From NCBI GenBank assembly GCA_951406725.2, contig OX597819.1, positions 81,964,001-82,028,000 on the forward strand: 64,000 bases of DNA, in the 5' to 3' direction. Source of the DNA: Octopus vulgaris. Taxonomy: Eukaryota. The notes below the pieces were generated by a model. That model ran no database searches. It saw nothing but the letters and a program-made list of their open reading frames with translations, and was not told the DNA's origin. Both the position numbers and the translations under genes were made by a program. This document shows positions 11,014-24,800 of the stretch, piece after piece; position 1 is the first letter of the stretch; each line of letters begins with the position of its first letter.

Positions 11014-12164
11014 CTCATACATATATGTATGTATGTGAATTCGCATTCGTTCGTTCAGTTTCGTGCGCAAGAACTGAGTTTGCCTGCATTCTCTCTCCCG
11101 TTAGTTGGTCCGTTGGAGTACTGGTATTGAGTGATGAGCTGAAATATTTGGGTATTTGCTTAAGGATTTCCTAACTCTATCATCGTTTTTGCCAGTTCCC
11201 AAAGGATACGCATTTTCACCGATGGTAGATGGTGGAATCTGAACCCAGACCACAAAGAGCCAGTTTCCTGCTCGACTCTCAGCAATTTATCATCCCAGAC
11301 TAGTAATATATTTAACGGTCATCGTAAAGAAGAAAGTTGATCAAGGCAAGATTTGAAATCCTACTAATACTTATTTTATCAAGCTAGGGAAATCAAATGC
11401 AAAATCATCTTTAATCGACAGAATTTAAACTCAGAACGAAGTTACGAAAATAAATACCCTAAGTCAGCGCGTTTGGCACTCCACCAACTCCTGTCAGTAG
11501 TGTCGTTACAAAATAGATATTTTAAATTGGTATATACGAAAAAGGAAATCAAAATAAGCCTTGTGCCAGTGGCAAAAATCAATATTTTAAAACAAGTGAA
11601 AGCAATGAATTAGAGTTCCAAGTTAAAGGTCTTACAATGAAGCGTGGTCTGCTATCAGTTCGCCAATTTCGCCGTCTTCAAATTAATGTCTTTTAATAGA
11701 AATAAATCCATAGCTATTATGTTGATCATAATGTCGTAATAAATGTTAGATTCTTGCTTCTTAAATGCATTAATAATTAGACATTTCTTAAATCAGTTAA
11801 CAAAGCTCAAACGATTACAAAAGAATTTTGACACTGAATTATTTTTTCTTACAAAATGTTAAACAATATCAGTGGCAGCTGTCTTTTTTCTTTTAAAATA
11901 AAAATTATTAATATTCAAGAGGCTTCTGTTATAGACACTTCACTATTTTTTTTATAGATGAAAATAAAAGAAACAAAGAAAATGGAAAAAATGATAAACA
12001 CTGAAATAAAAAAGTAGAGCGAAAACGTAAACATCTAAGCTACAATTCGCGTTGAAACGCTCGTTATTTGATAGCTGTCTACAAAAGTTAATGATAGATT
12101 CTCCACATAATACCTTCGAAAACGCGTTTTTAACGAATTGTCACACAGCAACACTAATCTATAT

Positions 12165-12312
12165 CGGTTTCAAATTTTGACACAAGGCCAACAATTTCGT
12201 TGAAAGGTGTAAGTCGTCGGTCTCGGCTGAAGTTGTACTCAGAACGTGAAGACGCACGAAATGCCGCTAAGCGTTTTACCCAGCGTGCTAATGATTCTGC
12301 CAGCTCGTCACC
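12165..12312 (-). mobile_element. SINE family B (internally deleted) with 15-bp target-site duplication
   Basis: Homology to 8721-9123; AACACTAATCTATAT at 12150-12164 and 12315-12329. Confidence 0.8.
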
Positions 12313-12352
12313 TTAACACTAATCTATATTACTGTTTTTAATGTAATATTGA

Positions 12353-12561
12353 ATTCAAATTTTGGCACAAGGCAGGCATTTGGCGGGAGGGTCTAAGCTG
12401 ATTACATCGACCCCACTGCTCGAGTAGTACTTATTTTATCGACCCCAAAAGGATGAAAGACAAAATCGACTTCGGCGGAATTTGAATTCAGAACGTAAGG
12501 ACGGACGAACTACCACTAAGCAATTTGCCCAACATGCTAATCTTTCTGCCTGTTCGCCGCC
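12353..12561 (-). mobile_element. SINE family B monomer
   Basis: TTTTATCGACCCCAAAAGGATGAAAG...GGCGGAATTTGAATTCAGAACGTAAG...TTCGCCGCC. Confidence 0.85.
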
Positions 12562-12928
12562 TTATTACTAATCTATATCAGCTTTTGTAATGTAAACACA
12601 ATTTAACTCGGCGAACGTCTTAAAAAAGAAGCAAACTTCAAGTGGAACGAATCAGATGTATAGAGGCTGAAGATATTTCACTTCATTTTTATTAACATTG
12701 CTATTAATGAAGTTTTGTTGATCTGCGTGTATTCAATTCCGAAACTAGTTGTAAGATTTCTAAAATATCCAAAGTTAAGCCTATTCATAAACTAAGTACA
12801 AACTATACACTGATATAGATTCAATTGTTTATAATTTTTTTCAGCTCATGTGTAGCTCTGTGCCAGAGTTAGGAATAAATACTTTTCTATTCTCAAAGTT
12901 GCCATGGGATGATACCATCTTCTTAATA

Positions 12929-13440
12929 ATCCTTTCTGCTGTAGGCAGAAGGCCTGATCTCAGAGTTTAACTGGAATTTATTTTATAGACTCCGAAAGGA
13001 TGAAAGGCATAGTCAGAACGTTAAGACGGACGAAATGCCGCGAAAAATTTTGCCCGGTGTGCTAACGATTCTGCTAGCTCACCGCCTTCCATCTTAATAA
13101 CAATAATTGTTTCCATTATAACCTCTAATTTCGGGAATGAGTATAACTGATTAATTCAACCTTAGTTCATAAATAGTACTTGATTTTATCGTTACCGTAG
13201 GGTTGATAGATAAAGCTGACCTCCTTGATATTTAAACCCTGAAAATGAAAATCTGGAATAAATACCACAAAACATTTTGTCCAATACGTTAACATTTTTA
13301 CCAATCTGCAATACTTCTTTCCAATAAAGGAGCGAAGCCACGAATTTGGAGGGGGTATATTTAGTCAATTAAATCTTCCTAAATAAAGACCGGCACTTTA
13401 TTTTATCGACCAGGATGGGATGAAAGGATGAAAGGCAACG
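12929..13440 (-). mobile_element. Run of about three degenerate SINE family B copies
   Basis: Recurrent TTATTTTAT..AC.CCGAAAGGATGAAAGGC motif near 12980, 13180 and 13400. Confidence 0.7.
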
Positions 13441-14736
13441 ATCCGGCCAATTCACTCCCTTGCTCAATAGCAAAAATAACTATCCTTTAATGAAGAGAGC
13501 GCAATATTTGTATTTCTATTTGGGATTTGGGATAATAGGAATTTCAGTCTTAAAATTACATAGACAGTACAAAGTATTAGGGTTACAAATATTCAGTATT
13601 AAACGATATATACAGATTAATTTTTATCCAGTAATGGAAAAATGCATTTAAGTGAAGTTATACATGTGTAAATGACTATGATGTTATAGTTATACTTTTA
13701 ACAATGATTTTCTGTTATTATGTTTAGATAACTTTTACTATCTTATCCAAAATATGATTAATACATACAAGTTGCGCCATTGACGAAGAATATACTGCCT
13801 TTTGATGTGTCACGAACTCAAACACAAAGCAAGTTATTTCAGGTATTCAATCTCTTTTGATTCTTATCTATATCAACTAACATTGTACTAGATTTATGTT
13901 TAAACTATACTGTAATTTTCCTATACAGTACCTCTTAGAATAAATTGTCATATTAAGAAATATGTCTTAATTTATTATTCACAGCTAAGAAACGCTGCAA
14001 GCAGGTAAGTACGAGATTACTTGAAAGGAATACATAAAAGAATATCGTATGTTATTGACAGCTAGAGCTATTGTAGATACTCAAGAAAAATTGCTTTCGG
14101 GATATCTCACTGTGAAGTGTAATATAGATTTTAGTGGAATTGTATTAATTGTAAAATTAGTCAAGATTGAATATAAGTGACTTAAGGAGAGATAATTGTT
14201 ATATCAAAATTTGCTTTTGAAATAACTACTATTCTTTATTGTATCTAAACTTAGCCTGTCATGAACTAATACAAATATACAAATGTAACAAAATGTATAA
14301 TTTGGTAATTCGTTCTCTGGTTTCGTATTATCTCCAAAAACCACTGCAAAAATTTCGGCTGCATTATGCTTAATTATCACAACAAAGACCAATAATAACA
14401 AAATATATTAGATATTTAATAGATGTTTCCCACTTACATTAAATAGTAAATAAAATTTACATAGATAATTTTCCAATACGTAACGTACTTATTTGCTATC
14501 TAAAAATTAAAATAAACTTTCTGTAACAAATTACTTTGAAACTGTACCTAATAGCTATATACTTACAATAGCACATTCCAAGCTACCGCCTGTTTCGTGC
14601 TTAGAGAACTACGTCAAATAGTGTAAGAAAGAATCGGTTAGTTATCATGGTAGTGATGGGATCTGTGTTTGGAGTTGACAACGACGAGTGGAGAAATTGG
14701 GTGGATGGGTGAGTATGTATGATGTGTGGTGTGTGT

Positions 14737-14784
<48 letters not shown>

Positions 14785-15114
14785 TGTGTGGGGGAGAGAG
14801 AAATAAAGAGTATAAACCAGAGAAAATACTTTGGCAGTGTTTGAAAGAGGAAGCGAAATGAAAAAAAAAGGTGGAAATAGTGGAATCAATGAAAACAGAA
14901 AGGAAGAAAATATGAAAGGAATAGATAAAGAGAAACAGATAAAATAAGACAGAATCCTAAGAAGTGGGAGATTTAGTAAAAATAAGAGCTAAAATTCTCA
15001 TGCAAGAGAAGGATCGGAAAGTTAACAAGTTGGGTGAGTGAAAGTGGTATGGAGATTTAATCATGAAGAAGAGGAGAATAATTTGATAAATGGCAAAGTT
15101 TGTGACGTCATCTT

Positions 15115-15290
15115 TTATTTTTTACTTGTTTCAGTTATTGGACTGCGGCCATTCTGGAGCATTGCCTTCAAGAAGTTCAGTTGGAGGAATTGATGCTAAT
15201 ACTAATATGTTTTAAAGCCTGGTACTTATTCTATTGATCTCTTTTTCGGAACTGCTAAGTTACGTTGACGTAAACTAGCCAACACGGGAA
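15115..15290 (-). mobile_element. SINE family A 3' fragment
   Basis: TTTTACTTGTTTCAG...GCGGCCATTCTGGAGCA...CTGCTAAGTTACGTTGACGTAAAC. Confidence 0.75.
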
Positions 15291-15689
15291 CGTGATCAAG
15301 CATGTGAATGTGTTAAGAGATGGGCATTAGTGCTGTATGGGGTTTCTGCGGAATGTGCAAGTGCAGAAGAATGGTGGCATGGGTTGGTGGAGACATGAGG
15401 TGACGAGTTATGTATTGTGTAGATAGTAGAAGAGATGTGAGTGCATCTATGTGTATAAGAGGTCCTACGGTACGGTGTGGAGGCGAGGTGCATGTGTATG
15501 AGGAAACGCTGTTGGTGTACTAACGGTTGTATGTGAATGTGAAGTTGGTGCTGGGTGAGATGGGGATCATGGAAAATGATGTGAGTAGGGTGCGTGGGAA
15601 CAGCGTGCGAGGTGAGAGACACAAATAGAAAAGGTGAGTAGCGGTGAAGCTTGTAGGAAGAGAAAAAAGAACTGAGAAACCATCAAGAA

Positions 15690-16250
15690 ATGCACAAGAA
15701 ACCATCAAGCTGCTTGAAAAAGTTGTAGTTGGTAGGAGAAAAGTCTGGGGATTAAGCTGGGTGGGGAAGAACTTTGTAGCCAAATTCCCTCAACTTCTGG
15801 AGCGTCATTAGTGAGATCGAGCATTGTCGTGAAGAATGATTGGCACGCTTTTGTTGACCAGTCTAGGATAGAAGAGTGGTAGTTTTTCGTTCATTTTGGG
15901 AATTTCATAGCAGTATGTTTCTGCAGTAATGGTTATAGTGAATGAGTCCAGCAGTACATCACCAGACAGTCACCATAACTTTCTTTTTGAAGAGCTCGGG
16001 TTTCGGAAGGTTTTCGGGGTTTCATTTTGGTCCAACCACTGCGTAGAACGTTTTTTTATTTTATACATAATCAACTTTTCCTCGCAAGTTACAATACAGT
16101 CGAGAAATGGATCGGTCTAGTTACGGAAAAGAAATCACGATTAAATTTCATATCTGCGCATTTTCTGATTTTCATTCATATCGTGTGGTACCCATTAGAC
16201 GAGCTTTTTTTCACTTTCGGTATTTTCACAAGGGGGTATTTTCCTTGTTT
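15690..16250 (-). pseudogene. Decayed mariner transposase fragment (Hsmar1/cecropia-like)
   Basis: Reverse complement translates, with frameshifts and stops, to WVPHDMNENQK...DPFLDCIVTCEEK...KKVMVTVW...IILHDNARSH...VLPHPA*SPD..PTNYNFFKQLDGFL. Confidence 0.8.
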
Positions 16251-16301
16251 CTGTCTGTCTCTGTCTCTTTTGTTTACTCTTCTAGGTTCGAGGTCATTGC
16301 G

Positions 16302-16332
<31 letters not shown>

Positions 16333-18041
16333 TGTTTCAAGGAAACTACTGGTAAATTTTATAAACATGTTAGTCTAAAGTTTGCGCAGACTATTATATA
16401 TATTTTGCTAGATTAAATGAATATCAGTTATATAGAGACCAGAACTACACGTAACTTGCCACAATACATTTGATTAAAAAACTCATAAGAAACAAACTCT
16501 ATATCATATATCAGGAAGATACGAACCAAGGTGGGTGTCCGCATGTAGTCAAATCGGCTGCTAGAAAAAGCAGTTAAATTTCCATCAAACCATCACCCCC
16601 TCGTGTTAAAATAGGATGGGAATACTGTATAATGTAGTCTTAAATTTATGATAAGGTAGATGACATTGAACAGCATACACTTGATGATAGGTCATCTCGA
16701 TAGTGTAGTTAAATATCAACCGCAACAATTAATATGAAACAAGCTGAAATGTCTGAAGTTCTGCACCATTTTCAGCGAGATCTGCACTCAAATTATAAAG
16801 TAACATAGCTAAAAGCAGCAAAGCACATAACCTGATTCATCACATGTCACCATTTTAATCTTCCCAAGAATGAAATATAATTTGTTAGATTACGGAAATT
16901 TATTTTCTCGCGGACAATATAAGATTTATTAAATCATATTAGTTTCCACACTGCCGTCGAAATTCAACACAAACAAGTCCTAAGAACATCAGCTTAGAAC
17001 AACTAACATGAGTGCCGGGTATTTCCTTCACAGGTGGCCGTGTTTCTGCAGACAACAACTTTATTGCTTTTCTTATTCTGTTAGATCGTAAACAGTATAT
17101 CCTTTCAACACTAGATCGCACTATTTAGATAAAAACCTGTAAATAAACAAAACCATTAAATAAAGTTATGCTTCAAGTAATGTTTATACACTGTAATTTA
17201 AAAGATTTTATCAAGTTCATTAAAGTCATTTATGAGAATATTGGCGTCAATTAGTTAAATTTACTGCGATTTTACCTAATCTAAAATTTACTGTGATATT
17301 AACTAATCTATTTGACGGAAAACTATTGCAAATGTAGTAGTGTGTTTTACAAATAGCGTAAGATTGAAGTGATTTATATATATAAAAAAAAAAAACGTAT
17401 CTTTTTATAACTTCTTACTCTAATTTCGTTCATTCTTAAGATTTTAAATGAAATACTTGGCTGAATCTCCGCGAAGATCTCAGCTAATATTTGCGTCGCC
17501 AACACACAGTTATATAATTGGAGCTAAATAAGATATTCTTGTTGTCATCGTTTCTAACGATAACCTATATCTTGAAAACGGTAAATAGTAGTTTAGACAA
17601 GGAAAATGTCATTCATAGCTTACTGCCCGGCGTTGCTTGCTTAAAAGAAATAGATCAGTATTCATTAATGCCATACAACTATCTACATTCATTAATGAAA
17701 GAAAATTGCTGTTTTCACTGAAAGGAGGAAATTAAACAACTACTCATTATAGAAACAGTATCCGACTACTCTCTCTACATATTGATCAAACAGAAGTTGA
17801 AGAATTTATCAAACTGACTTAGAAAATGAATTCAGCCAATATATATATGTAATATTTATTCAGTGGTTATCTAAATCGACGGTATGTTGGCATGACGATT
17901 AAGGCATGTCTTAGGGCTTGAGGATTCAATAGTATTTATTTTGTAAGTTTGATTTTGCATTATATTTGAGTTGTAATCTATGTATTCAAAGAAATTATCT
18001 GGATTCCTTCTAACGTCATGCTGATTACATACTAAAATATA

Positions 18042-19329
18042 TTGAGTCATCCCACAAATAATGCGGTTTTTTCAATTGCATGAGCTAAAAGTCGGAGGAG
18101 GAGGGGCTTAATAAACTACCTGCATCAACTTACTATAAAAGTAGGTAATAGTTTTACCTTATACTTATTCTTAGTGCAAATTCTGAAGCGTGCAGTTCGG
18201 TTTTAGCAGTTATTTTTTCAAAGCTATAATGGAAGTGACAAAGAAGCATATTCGGCATATTTTGCTTTATGAGTTCTTTAAAGGTAACAACACAGCGGAA
18301 CGTGCAAAGAATATAAATGCAGCATATGGGGATCGGACAATAAGCGTGAGCCAGTGTCAACAGTGGTTCCAGAAATTCCGAGCCGGAAGCTACAGCCTAT
18401 AAGACGTGCCTCGACCTGGAAGATGTGTAGAACTCAACGATGACGTCCTGCGAACCCTGGTGGGACTAAATCCATCGTAATTGTTGAGGAACTAGGAGAG
18501 AAGCTTGGATTTGGTCATTTAACCATTTATCGACACCTGTCTGCCATCGGAAAAGTCAGCAAATTGGGTCAATAGGTTCCTCACAAACTTTCCGAGTCTA
18601 ATCACGCGTAGAGGGTGACTGTGTGCGCTTCTTTTCCGTCACGTTTCACGATTGAACCATTTTTAGACCGAATGGTAACAGGTGACGAGAAATAGGTTCT
18701 CTATAAAAATGCTAAGCTGCGAAGACAATAGGTAGGGAAAGTAGAAACACCGGCATCCCAGGCTAAAGAAAGTCTTCACCCACGTAAAGTATTGTTGCCT
18801 GTTTGGTTGGATATGAAAGGTTTAGTCCACTTTGAACATTTAAACCGAAACCAAACGATAACAATGGAGATCTACTGCGAGCAGCCCGGGCGGCTTAAGT
18901 CAGCGCTAGAAAGAAAATGACCATCTTTGGTTTCAAGACGAAAGATGTCTTCCATTTGGATAATGCTCGGCCACATACAGCGAGGATGACATTCTAAAGG
19001 CTGGAGCAGTTTGAATGGGAAACGATGCCCCACCCACCATATTCGCCGGACATTGCTCCGTCTGACTATCATTTATTCCGCAGTCTTCAAAATCATTTGG
19101 ACGGAAAAAATATGAATTCTGTAGACGATGTCAGAGCAGTACTGGAGAAGTATTTTTAGTCACGGACAAGGGAATTTTGGAAAAGAAGCCTAGCAAGTTT
19201 CCAGATAGAAGAGAGCGTTGTAGAAAATGAAAGAGAGTATATTCTAGATTAAAACAGAACTTTGTTCATCTTAATTTTTGAAAAATATAAGAAGTATAAA
19301 AAAAAAACATTATTTATGAGATGACCCAA
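18042..19329 (+). mobile_element. Full-length (~1.29 kb) mariner DNA transposon, decayed
   Basis: TIRs TA|TTGAGTCATCCCACAAATAATG and CATTATTTATGAGATGACCCAA flank a transposase remnant. Confidence 0.92.
18229..19252 (+). pseudogene. mariner DD34D transposase pseudogene
   Basis: MEVTKKHIRHILLYEF HTH start, (W)VPHKL, VTGDEK, DNARPH, HPPYSPDIAPSDYHLFRSLQNHL; multiple stops and frameshifts. Confidence 0.92.
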
Positions 19330-22300
19330 AATTACAATCCTACTATATTTAGTGCAGACTACTCGGTCTGTGTATTATTCAAGTTTCATATCCTTATTTA
19401 CACACACTAATAGTCTACATATCTGTTGAACAAGAACTTTCTCCAAGATATTTTTTTTATTAGTCTGACCGTCATTTTCCAAAAATAAAATTCTCACCTC
19501 GTTTCTATCATACACTTCATTATTACTACCCACCTACTATTTTATTTGTCGCCTACAACAATAGTTTTCCCTTTATAATTAATATTAAACAGAACTCTTG
19601 GAAAATAGTGTTATTTTGCATTTGACACTCATATTCAAATAGTAAATTTAATTGTTGAAACGTACTGTCAGATATCCTTTGTATTTCTCACCAAATCAGT
19701 TTTGATTCTGTTCATAATCTTTGTCATCTTAGCAATCGAAGGAGAAAAAAATCTAAAATTCTTGTTCAGTGAAATACGAAAACCAAGATATCAAATGCTT
19801 CAAAAAAAGGAACATTATCATAATAACTGTGATGGGAAATTCAAAATACATTGCAAATTAAAACTGGAGAAATAATTTGTGTGAGAAAGTTAAATTTAAC
19901 AAATATCCAGATGGAAATCCGATTCTGCGATTCAGTTTCATTTTGTAGTTGAAGCTAATTTACTTCTGTTGTTAAAGGCATGAATGTCACATATTTTCAT
20001 TACACTTCTCTATAAAATATTCGACCCTCTGCCTAAGCAAGAAATCAATATTGTTAGAATGCCGGCAAATGGCAAAGCTTTTCTTTTATGAATATCATTC
20101 TTCAATCAAGATGATTGCTATTATGAACGTGCATTGTTATTTCCATCACGCGATTTATTTTTTCATTGGGAAATCAGCCATTTATTGATACATTACAAAT
20201 TGCCTGGTAATATAATTATTAGATTACTGATCAGAGAAAGAAAGTAAATGCTTGCTCTACTACATGAAAGTCTTCCGGGTGTAGTTAAGCTGAGCTCTAT
20301 TCAGACGGCAGAACCGGAACATGACTAGAAGCCATTCCAAAATCATTAAAGATTTCGATGGAATATCTCTGATGAATTTTATCCTCTCATCTCTTGCTTT
20401 ACTGCAGATGTAATCACATGTTATTTCAAATCATAGAGGTTTCTGCAGGTTAATTCTCTATTTAATCTGACCAAGAATTCGATCTATTACTTTCGCCGGC
20501 CATTTAATTTATTAACAGGAATGAATAAATGCGGCGAGATAGCCTGTGAAAATAAATGAAACCATTCTTCGTATTGAATGTTTATAGAAAGAATTTCAGA
20601 AATTATTTCAAAAGTTGTCAATATGATATAACAGTCGATTATATCATGTTGTATAATAACAGAGTAAACGAATCAGTACTTAATTTTACACATCTATAAT
20701 TTGTGCTTGTTGACGTCACGATGACGGAAATCAAAATAATGATTTATTTATTAGGCACAAATTTTAGTAGGAAAGAAATATATAAAACATATTAATCAAC
20801 CTCAGTGAATGACTTGTAATTATGCTATCAACTCTAGAAACATAATGAACAGTAGACTCAGGTAAAATCATAAACTAGTGAACGGCGATCTATAGTTTTA
20901 CCGGCTCATAGATCTTGAATTTGAAATATTGAGAACATCTAACTCAAATGTCATAGATATTTTAACCCGCTCTCTACGATACTTCACAGATTCTTTTGCT
21001 GAAATTATTTACTGTTTTTAAAGAGAAAATACGGGTTTTGGCGATGATACTGTATTAGGTTTAATAATATCAGATATAACTAGAAGTCTTGTTGAGTAGC
21101 ATTTCATCAATGGTTATACTTCACTAATGCTTGTAAGGTCAAGTCGTTTAGTGTATTAGAATAGTACAAATCTCACATAGCCGGCTGTCAAGTATTCTTT
21201 AATATATAATCTATCATATAACTGTCAGATCAATAGAATAGATATAGATACTGCGTATGAAATTCGCCTTTTATCTGTAAAGTAAAACAATCTTAAGATC
21301 TTCGTATCAGAGGTTTTTATGGTATCAAAGATACAATTTTACCAAGTGTTAAGAAGTAAAAAGTATTTCAAATTCATTCTGTATCAGATAACTTGTAAAA
21401 TATATCTACCTCAATACCAAAATTGGTTTCTTTTCAAATAGGAACTTGAATTTATATTTCTACAGACAGAAAATGAGATGGTATAATATTCATGTATTTC
21501 ATTGCAGCTTTCGTGACGTAAGTAAAAAAAATTTTCTAACCATCAACAGAAACTAGCTTGCCAAAAGTGTATTGTTATTCTATTATACTTGCCAAATTTC
21601 CCCACAATAAAAAATACATCAATTAGAAACAACGATTCATTGACAACACTTGAACCTGATAAGATAGTGAAGTAATTATGAAGTTATTCATTATTGTTCA
21701 TTGGAATATGGATTAAGGGGCAACTAAACACTGTTTCCGCTTACTTTATTAACAAATCTGAATTTGTTTTTACATTACTAGCCTGTGAAATTATCATGCA
21801 AACGAAGGAAATATTACTATCTCTGTCGTTTTACACATATAGTGAAGTGATGTACGTAAATTGATAATTACTGTTCAAAAATCAAATTTCAATCAAAACA
21901 TTTTGTGGAAACTTAGTTAACTGCTTTCTCATTGCGTGTAGTTATATAAAATACGGTAACAAATCTGACATCATCTGACTAAAGAGTTCTTTTGGGCTTA
22001 CATACACACATATACGCAAACATTATAGTGTTAATGCAAGAATTCGTGAAATTACAATTGAATAATTCGAATTGTTTTAGTTAAATCATTTCAAACAGTG
22101 GAAATTTATTCCTATTCATTCAGAGATTATGCATAAAACCGAATCTATGATCAACCCATTTCGATAGCTATATGATGGCAATACCTACAGCACAAATGCT
22201 TCGGTGGCTTCCAATTCTTTTCTACTATCAGTTAATAAACGTATTCTTAATGATATGAAGCAATATCATGGATAAAATATATTTTGAATAACAATGAGGA

Positions 22301-22957
22301 AACAAATAAACAGAGTTACTATTATCCTGTTTTTAATTGAGGAAAGACATTAAATATAAAACAGCTTTGCTTTATCTAGAGATTAATAACAATCTTTGAT
22401 CAATGAAACGATGTTATTAAAAATAGCATAATGTACAATGATCTATTGTTGACAAAACAAGCTACTGAGAAATAGATTAGTGACTATTTTTCTCTCGAAC
22501 ACCAAAAGACTTTTTTTTAGTTTCCTCTTATAACCTCGTTTCTACTGCTTAAATATTTTCCCATCGAGCAGCTTTTGATGGGTATTATTCTGTTATCCTT
22601 TAAAAAAGATACATCCTTCGATTATATGAATAAAAAACTTTTAGCTTTTGCAGCAAATTTTGATTAGTTCCAATTATTCCTGGCTTTGTATTCGACTCTG
22701 GGATGCCATATAAAAAATGTGTCCCGAATATTACCACAGTGATAAAAAAATGTAGTGTACCAGAATAAATGTCATGTGTTATCTAGTTATATGTTTCTTT
22801 TATTTCTGAGATCTAAACCAGCCGGAGTTGTGATTAAGTACCAGATAAGAACTGGAGTTAGTTAAAACATCCTTACCTTTTGACAATATATTTGTAACCA
22901 TGTGCACTACAGTTATAAATCATTATTGATGTTATCATTATCATTATAAATATTTAA

Positions 22958-23560
22958 GGCGGCGAGTCGTCAGAATCGTTACTGCATTGGACAAAATGCA
23001 TAGCGGCATTTCTTCTGATTTATGCTCTGAGTTCAAAAGCCACTGAGGTCAACTTCACATTTCATCCTTTCGTGGTCAATAAAACAGTACCACAGTACCA
23101 GTCGAGCTCTGAGGTCAGTGTAATCGATTTGATCCATTTTATAAACTTACTAGCCTTCTACCAAAATTTGAAAGCATTTTTTATTTTAAAGCTGGCAAGA
23201 TCATTAGCATGCTGGATAAAGTATTTAACGGCATTCCTTCCAACTTTATATCTTGAGTTCAAATTCTGCCGAGGTCAAATTTGTCTTTCATTCTTTCGGG
23301 TTGATAATATAAGCTCCAGTGGAGTACTGGGGTCAATGCAATTGACTAGTCCCCTACCCACAAAAATTTCCCGCCTTGTACCTACAGTAAAAATAATTAT
23401 TATTTGCAATATAGTTTATTTTAAGGTGGTACACTGGTTGAATCATTAGCGTATCGGAAAAAAAACTGTTTTGCGGTGTTTGTTCCGACTCTTTACTTTC
23501 TGATTTCAAATGTCACCGTGGTCAACTTTTCCTATCAGCTCTCCGAGATCGAATACTGGG
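22958..23560 (+). mobile_element. Tandem degenerate SINE family B copies
   Basis: GGCGGCGAGTCGTCAGAATCGTTA head and repeated GAGTTCAAA...GAGGTCAA...TTTCATCCTTTCG blocks. Confidence 0.7.
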
Positions 23561-23679
23561 CTCTCTACTGTCGATTAATCCATAAATCAGAAGTCATTGT
23601 TGTTTTAAATATTCCTTTTACATATTACCATAGTTTCCACCATCACCACCACAAATATGTGTATGAGGTATGTATGGAG

Positions 23680-24800
23680 TCTTTTGGTTTATTTACTTCC
23701 AAATAGTTATTACTATTCGCAAGTTTAGCTTCTGATTGTTCTTGGAATAGCTTTCCTTGTTCGACTTTTGTGTGTTCATTGAATGAATGATTTGAAAGGA
23801 TTATTTGTACTATATATGCTGTGTACGGTTGTGATATTGTTTGACATATGTAGTTTTGGGAACCTTAATGCGGATTTTGTAATTTTGTTCGTATTTTCCT
23901 ATGTTCACGCCAAATAATGTAGATACGTTTTGCTGCTTCAATCCGCGTATCTCAGAGCAGCATGAGATTCATTGTATCTGAATGGTTTTCTAATAATAAT
24001 TATATGGAAAGGGTCTGCAATATCTATTGGCTTAGAAGGACCGAGTAAAAAAAACGATAGAAAATAAAAAAAAATGTTGTGGCTGGTTGTTTAGAATTGT
24101 TTATCATATCTATTACTCCAAACCAATATCAGACTATTATTGTTCTGCCATTACCAGAGGCAATATTTTGGCTCTGGTATAAATTTTATTTATCTTCATT
24201 TGAAATTATTGGCATAGTAACCAATGAATATAACCACTACGACTATTTAGCCGGCGCCTGTAATTATGTTTGGATGTTTTAAACTTGTTCATCCGATTAT
24301 TTGTTGGTGTTTTTTTGTGACGAAGAATGTTTCATATTCTATCATTAACCTTTGTTAGATTAGTTTCTGGTTTTGCTGCCTAAACTCTAATTATGAGCAT
24401 CGACAATCAAACTGTGCTTGAGCCAATATTGGCTATACTATGGATTTTTTCCCCGCTGAAGCTAAAATTGCCACAAAGGAAAATTTCATGTCGCTTTACG
24501 CAAGCGTGTCTAGTGATTTTCTTTTGTATTGTATTTTATGAGATTTACATTTTCCTTTAGTGTATAGGTGCATCTTTTCTCCTCCCTTGGTCAATGAAGC
24601 TTCTATAGTTTTATATGTTTCTTTCTCTCTGAAAGTATTAAAAACATTTTTTGCTTGATCGCAATATTGGGCATAAAAATCCACCTTTATTTCTTTTGTC
24701 TTCCTTCTATGCTAAACTCTGTAATTTTATATATAACTTTTCTTAATATATTTATTAGTCTCGGTATTAAGCTTGAAGATTTGGAACAGTATGTGTAACT
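23680..24800 (-). mobile_element. Possible highly decayed PLE remnant
   Basis: Faint minus-strand peptides KKSIV..SQ (PLE RT C-terminal KSI.YSQ-like) near 24430 and a GIY-YIG-like IG...KIRI..QHI...NNPFK near 23800-23910; heavily eroded. Confidence 0.3.
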
